Assembly: GCF_032444005.1 (NCBI RefSeq)
Contig: NC_091291.1
Location: forward strand, 27,776,001 to 27,840,000
Reading direction: 5' to 3'
DNA: 64,000 bases
DNA from: Ranitomeya imitator
Taxonomy: Eukaryota
Under the pieces are notes generated by a model. It searched no databases. It saw only the letters and a list, made by a program, of their open reading frames with translations, and was not told the DNA's origin. Positions 61,690 through 64,000 of this stretch are shown in pieces (the stretch's first letter is position 1; each line of letters starts with the position of its first letter). The position numbers and the translations under genes were made by a program.

Positions 61690-63245
61690 ACATAGACACT
61701 CCCCAACTTGCCGCAGAGACCTGCCTCCCCTTCCTATAGAGAGACAAAGACCTGCCTCCCTTTTTCTGTAAGTAAACAAGGACCCACCTCCACTTCCCGT
61801 AGAGAGATATAGACTCGCTAACACTTCCTGTAGAGAGACAAATACCCACCTCCATTTTGTGTAAAGAAATGAAGACCTGCCTCCATTTACTGAGCAGAGA
61901 AAAAGTCCTGCCCCAGTTCCTGTATGGAGAGAAAAATGGGCCCCCATTTCCTACAGTGATACAAAAATCCTCCTCTACTCCAGGTAGACAAAGACCCCCC
62001 CCACTTCTTTTAAGGAGACAATGACCCACCTTCACTTCCTGTAGAATAACAAAGACGTGTCCCTACTTCCTGAAAAGAGACAAAGACCTGACCCCACTTC
62101 CTGTAAAGAGACAAAGACCTGACCCAACTTCCTGTAAAGAGACAAAGACCTGACCCCACTTCCCATAAAAGACAAAAATCTACGCTACTTTCTGTAAGAG
62201 ACAAAGACCTGCCCCCACTTCCCATAGAGAGACAAAGACCCATCTCTACTTCCTTTAGAGTGACAAATACCTTGCCCAACTTTCTGTATAGAGAAAAAGA
62301 CCCACTTCCACTTCCTGTAAAGAGACAAAGACCTGCCCCACTTCCTGTGGAGAGACAAAGATCTGCCCCCACTTCCCATAGAGAGACAAAGACCCATCTC
62401 TACTTTCTTTAGAGTGACAAAGACATTCCACAACTTTCTGTATAGAGACCCACTCCCACTTCCTGTAGAAACAAAGCCACCCCACTTTCTGTAGAGAGAC
62501 AAAGAACTGCGCAAACTTCCCGTTGAAAGACAAAGACCCGCCACCACTTTCTGGAGGTATACAAAGACCCCCCACTTCCTGTAGAAAAACGAAGACCACA
62601 CCCCATTTTCTGTGGAGAAACAAAAACCTGCCCCCACTTCCTGTATAGATACAAAGACCCCAACTTCCTGTTGCAAGATAAAGACCTGCCCCCACTTCCA
62701 GTAGAGAGACAAAGAACCCCCCCTTCTTGTAGAGAGATAAAGACCCCCACTTCAAATAAAGACCTGACCCCACTGTAAAGAGAAAAAGACCAGACCACAC
62801 TTCCTGTACAGAGACAAAGACCTGCCCATACTTCCTGTACAGAGACAAAGACCTGCCCACACTTCCTGTACAGAGACAAAGACCTGCCCACACTTCCTGT
62901 ACAGAGACAAAGACCTGCCCACACGTCCTGTACAGAGACAAAGACCTGCCGATACTTCCTGTACAGAGACAAAGACCTGCCCACACTTCCTGTACAGAGA
63001 CAAAGACCTGCCCACACTTCCTGTACAGAGACAAAGACCTGCCCACACTTCCTGTACAGAGACAAAGACCTGCCCCAACTTCCTGTAGGGAAACAAAGAC
63101 CTGCCCACACTTCCTGTACAGAGACAAAGACCTGCCCACACTTCCTGTACAGAGACAAAGACCTGCAACTTCCTGTAGGGAGATAAAGACCTGCCCCAAC
63201 TTCCTGTAGAGAAACAAAGACCTGCCCCCACTTCCTGTAGTCCAT
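61690..63245 (+). repeat. 31-bp minisatellite (~50 units, homogeneous at ~62790-63180)
   Basis: Unit AGAGACAAAGACCTGCCCACACTTCCTGTAC; accounts for the long repetitive minus-strand ORFs. Confidence 0.95.
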
Positions 63246-63427
63246 CTGTACGTCATGCTGCTTGACTTGTATTACATTTGACAACAGACAGTTACTCAGA
63301 AGGGAGACACCTAGTGTCACTTTAGAGTGATTTTTCATAGGTAAGACATACATTTTACGTAAAGTGGTTTGAAGATTCCAATTAAGTGGAAAAATAAAAT
63401 ATACCTGATTATGAACTTATACAAGAT

Positions 63428-63698
63428 ACAAGGGGTAAGGTTTCTCCTTGTGGAGAAGAGCTGGTTTGTCACTCTCCACAAGAGCCTCTCACCTAGCCAA
63501 ATCAGTTCTCATACTTCGCACTGACGAGGGCCAACAGCCCGAAACACCGTGTCTGCGAATTGAGATACTGATTTGGCTTTTATCCTAAGTCCTATTGCAC
63601 GACTCGTTAAAGAGTTGATTGTGACTTGTAGGATCGCTACTTCCAACAGGTGGCACTAGAGAGTTCAAGTCCTCTTTTTCTCTGAAGAGGCAATTTGC
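63428..63698 (+). mobile_element. Satellite-2/retrozyme-like monomer
   Basis: Flanked by ATACAAGAT direct repeats (63419-63427 and 63699-63707); contains a hammerhead, a CTCF-like site (63643-63659) and the octamer ATTTGCAT (63693-63700). Confidence 0.72.
63495..63578 (+). ncRNA. Type I hammerhead ribozyme
   Basis: Core CUGACGA (63521-27); stem II GGGC/GCCC with loop CAACA; GAAA (63541-44); stem III ACA/UGU; GUC cleavage after 63553; stem I UUCGCA/UGCGAA, UCUCA/UGAGA, AGCCAAAUCAGU/ACUGAUUUGGCU. Confidence 0.92.
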
Positions 63699-64000
63699 AT
63701 ACAAGATTCACTGAACTCAATAAGGGCTGTTAAACTATAAATCTTTTAACATAAATTATTACTATTTTCCCCACTAGAAAAACATATAAATGTACATGTA
63801 GGTGAGTGATTGACCCTGCAAAATTAATGCATAAAATTATACAGATATAAAAAAATATGTACTGAAAAGACGCTGGCATCAGGATGTAATTGTACATACT
63901 GCCATCTAGTGGTACAAGCACATCTTGCATTTTTTACATTGCTTGAGCTCATTATCCAGTTATTGCTTGCATTCCCAAAGCATCAACAGGAAAATAAATG

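Noticed and set aside
62010-63353. ORFs of up to 333 aa on the minus strand
   Set aside because: Product of the stop-free 31-bp minisatellite

Overview
Repeat-dense vertebrate genomic window, inferred to be from a frog on the basis of its repeat families and gene set. Four spliced host genes were reconstructed by hand from splice sites and translation. APOC4 (+, 3 coding exons, 122 aa) and APOC2 (+, 3 coding exons) come first. They are followed by a 5-exon trypsinogen-type protease (+, 249 aa, DDDDK|IING, intact His/Asp/Ser triad and S1 Asp) and a 2-exon CXCR3-like receptor (-, 353 aa) carrying SRY in place of DRY. The rest is mostly mobile DNA: an intact CR1 LINE, an L2 fragment, several Tc1 elements (two with open transposase ORFs), two non-autonomous Helitrons, LTR-like relics, MITEs and many minisatellites. 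The most notable non-genic signal is at 63.4-63.7 kb: a ~270-bp insertion flanked by 9-bp direct repeats that contains a complete type I hammerhead ribozyme, an octamer and a CTCF-like site, resembling a satellite-2/retrozyme monomer. An inverted pair of Penelope-type minimal hammerhead motifs lies at ~46 kb. All calls come from reading the sequence; no database searches or folding programs were run, and literature comparisons are from memory.
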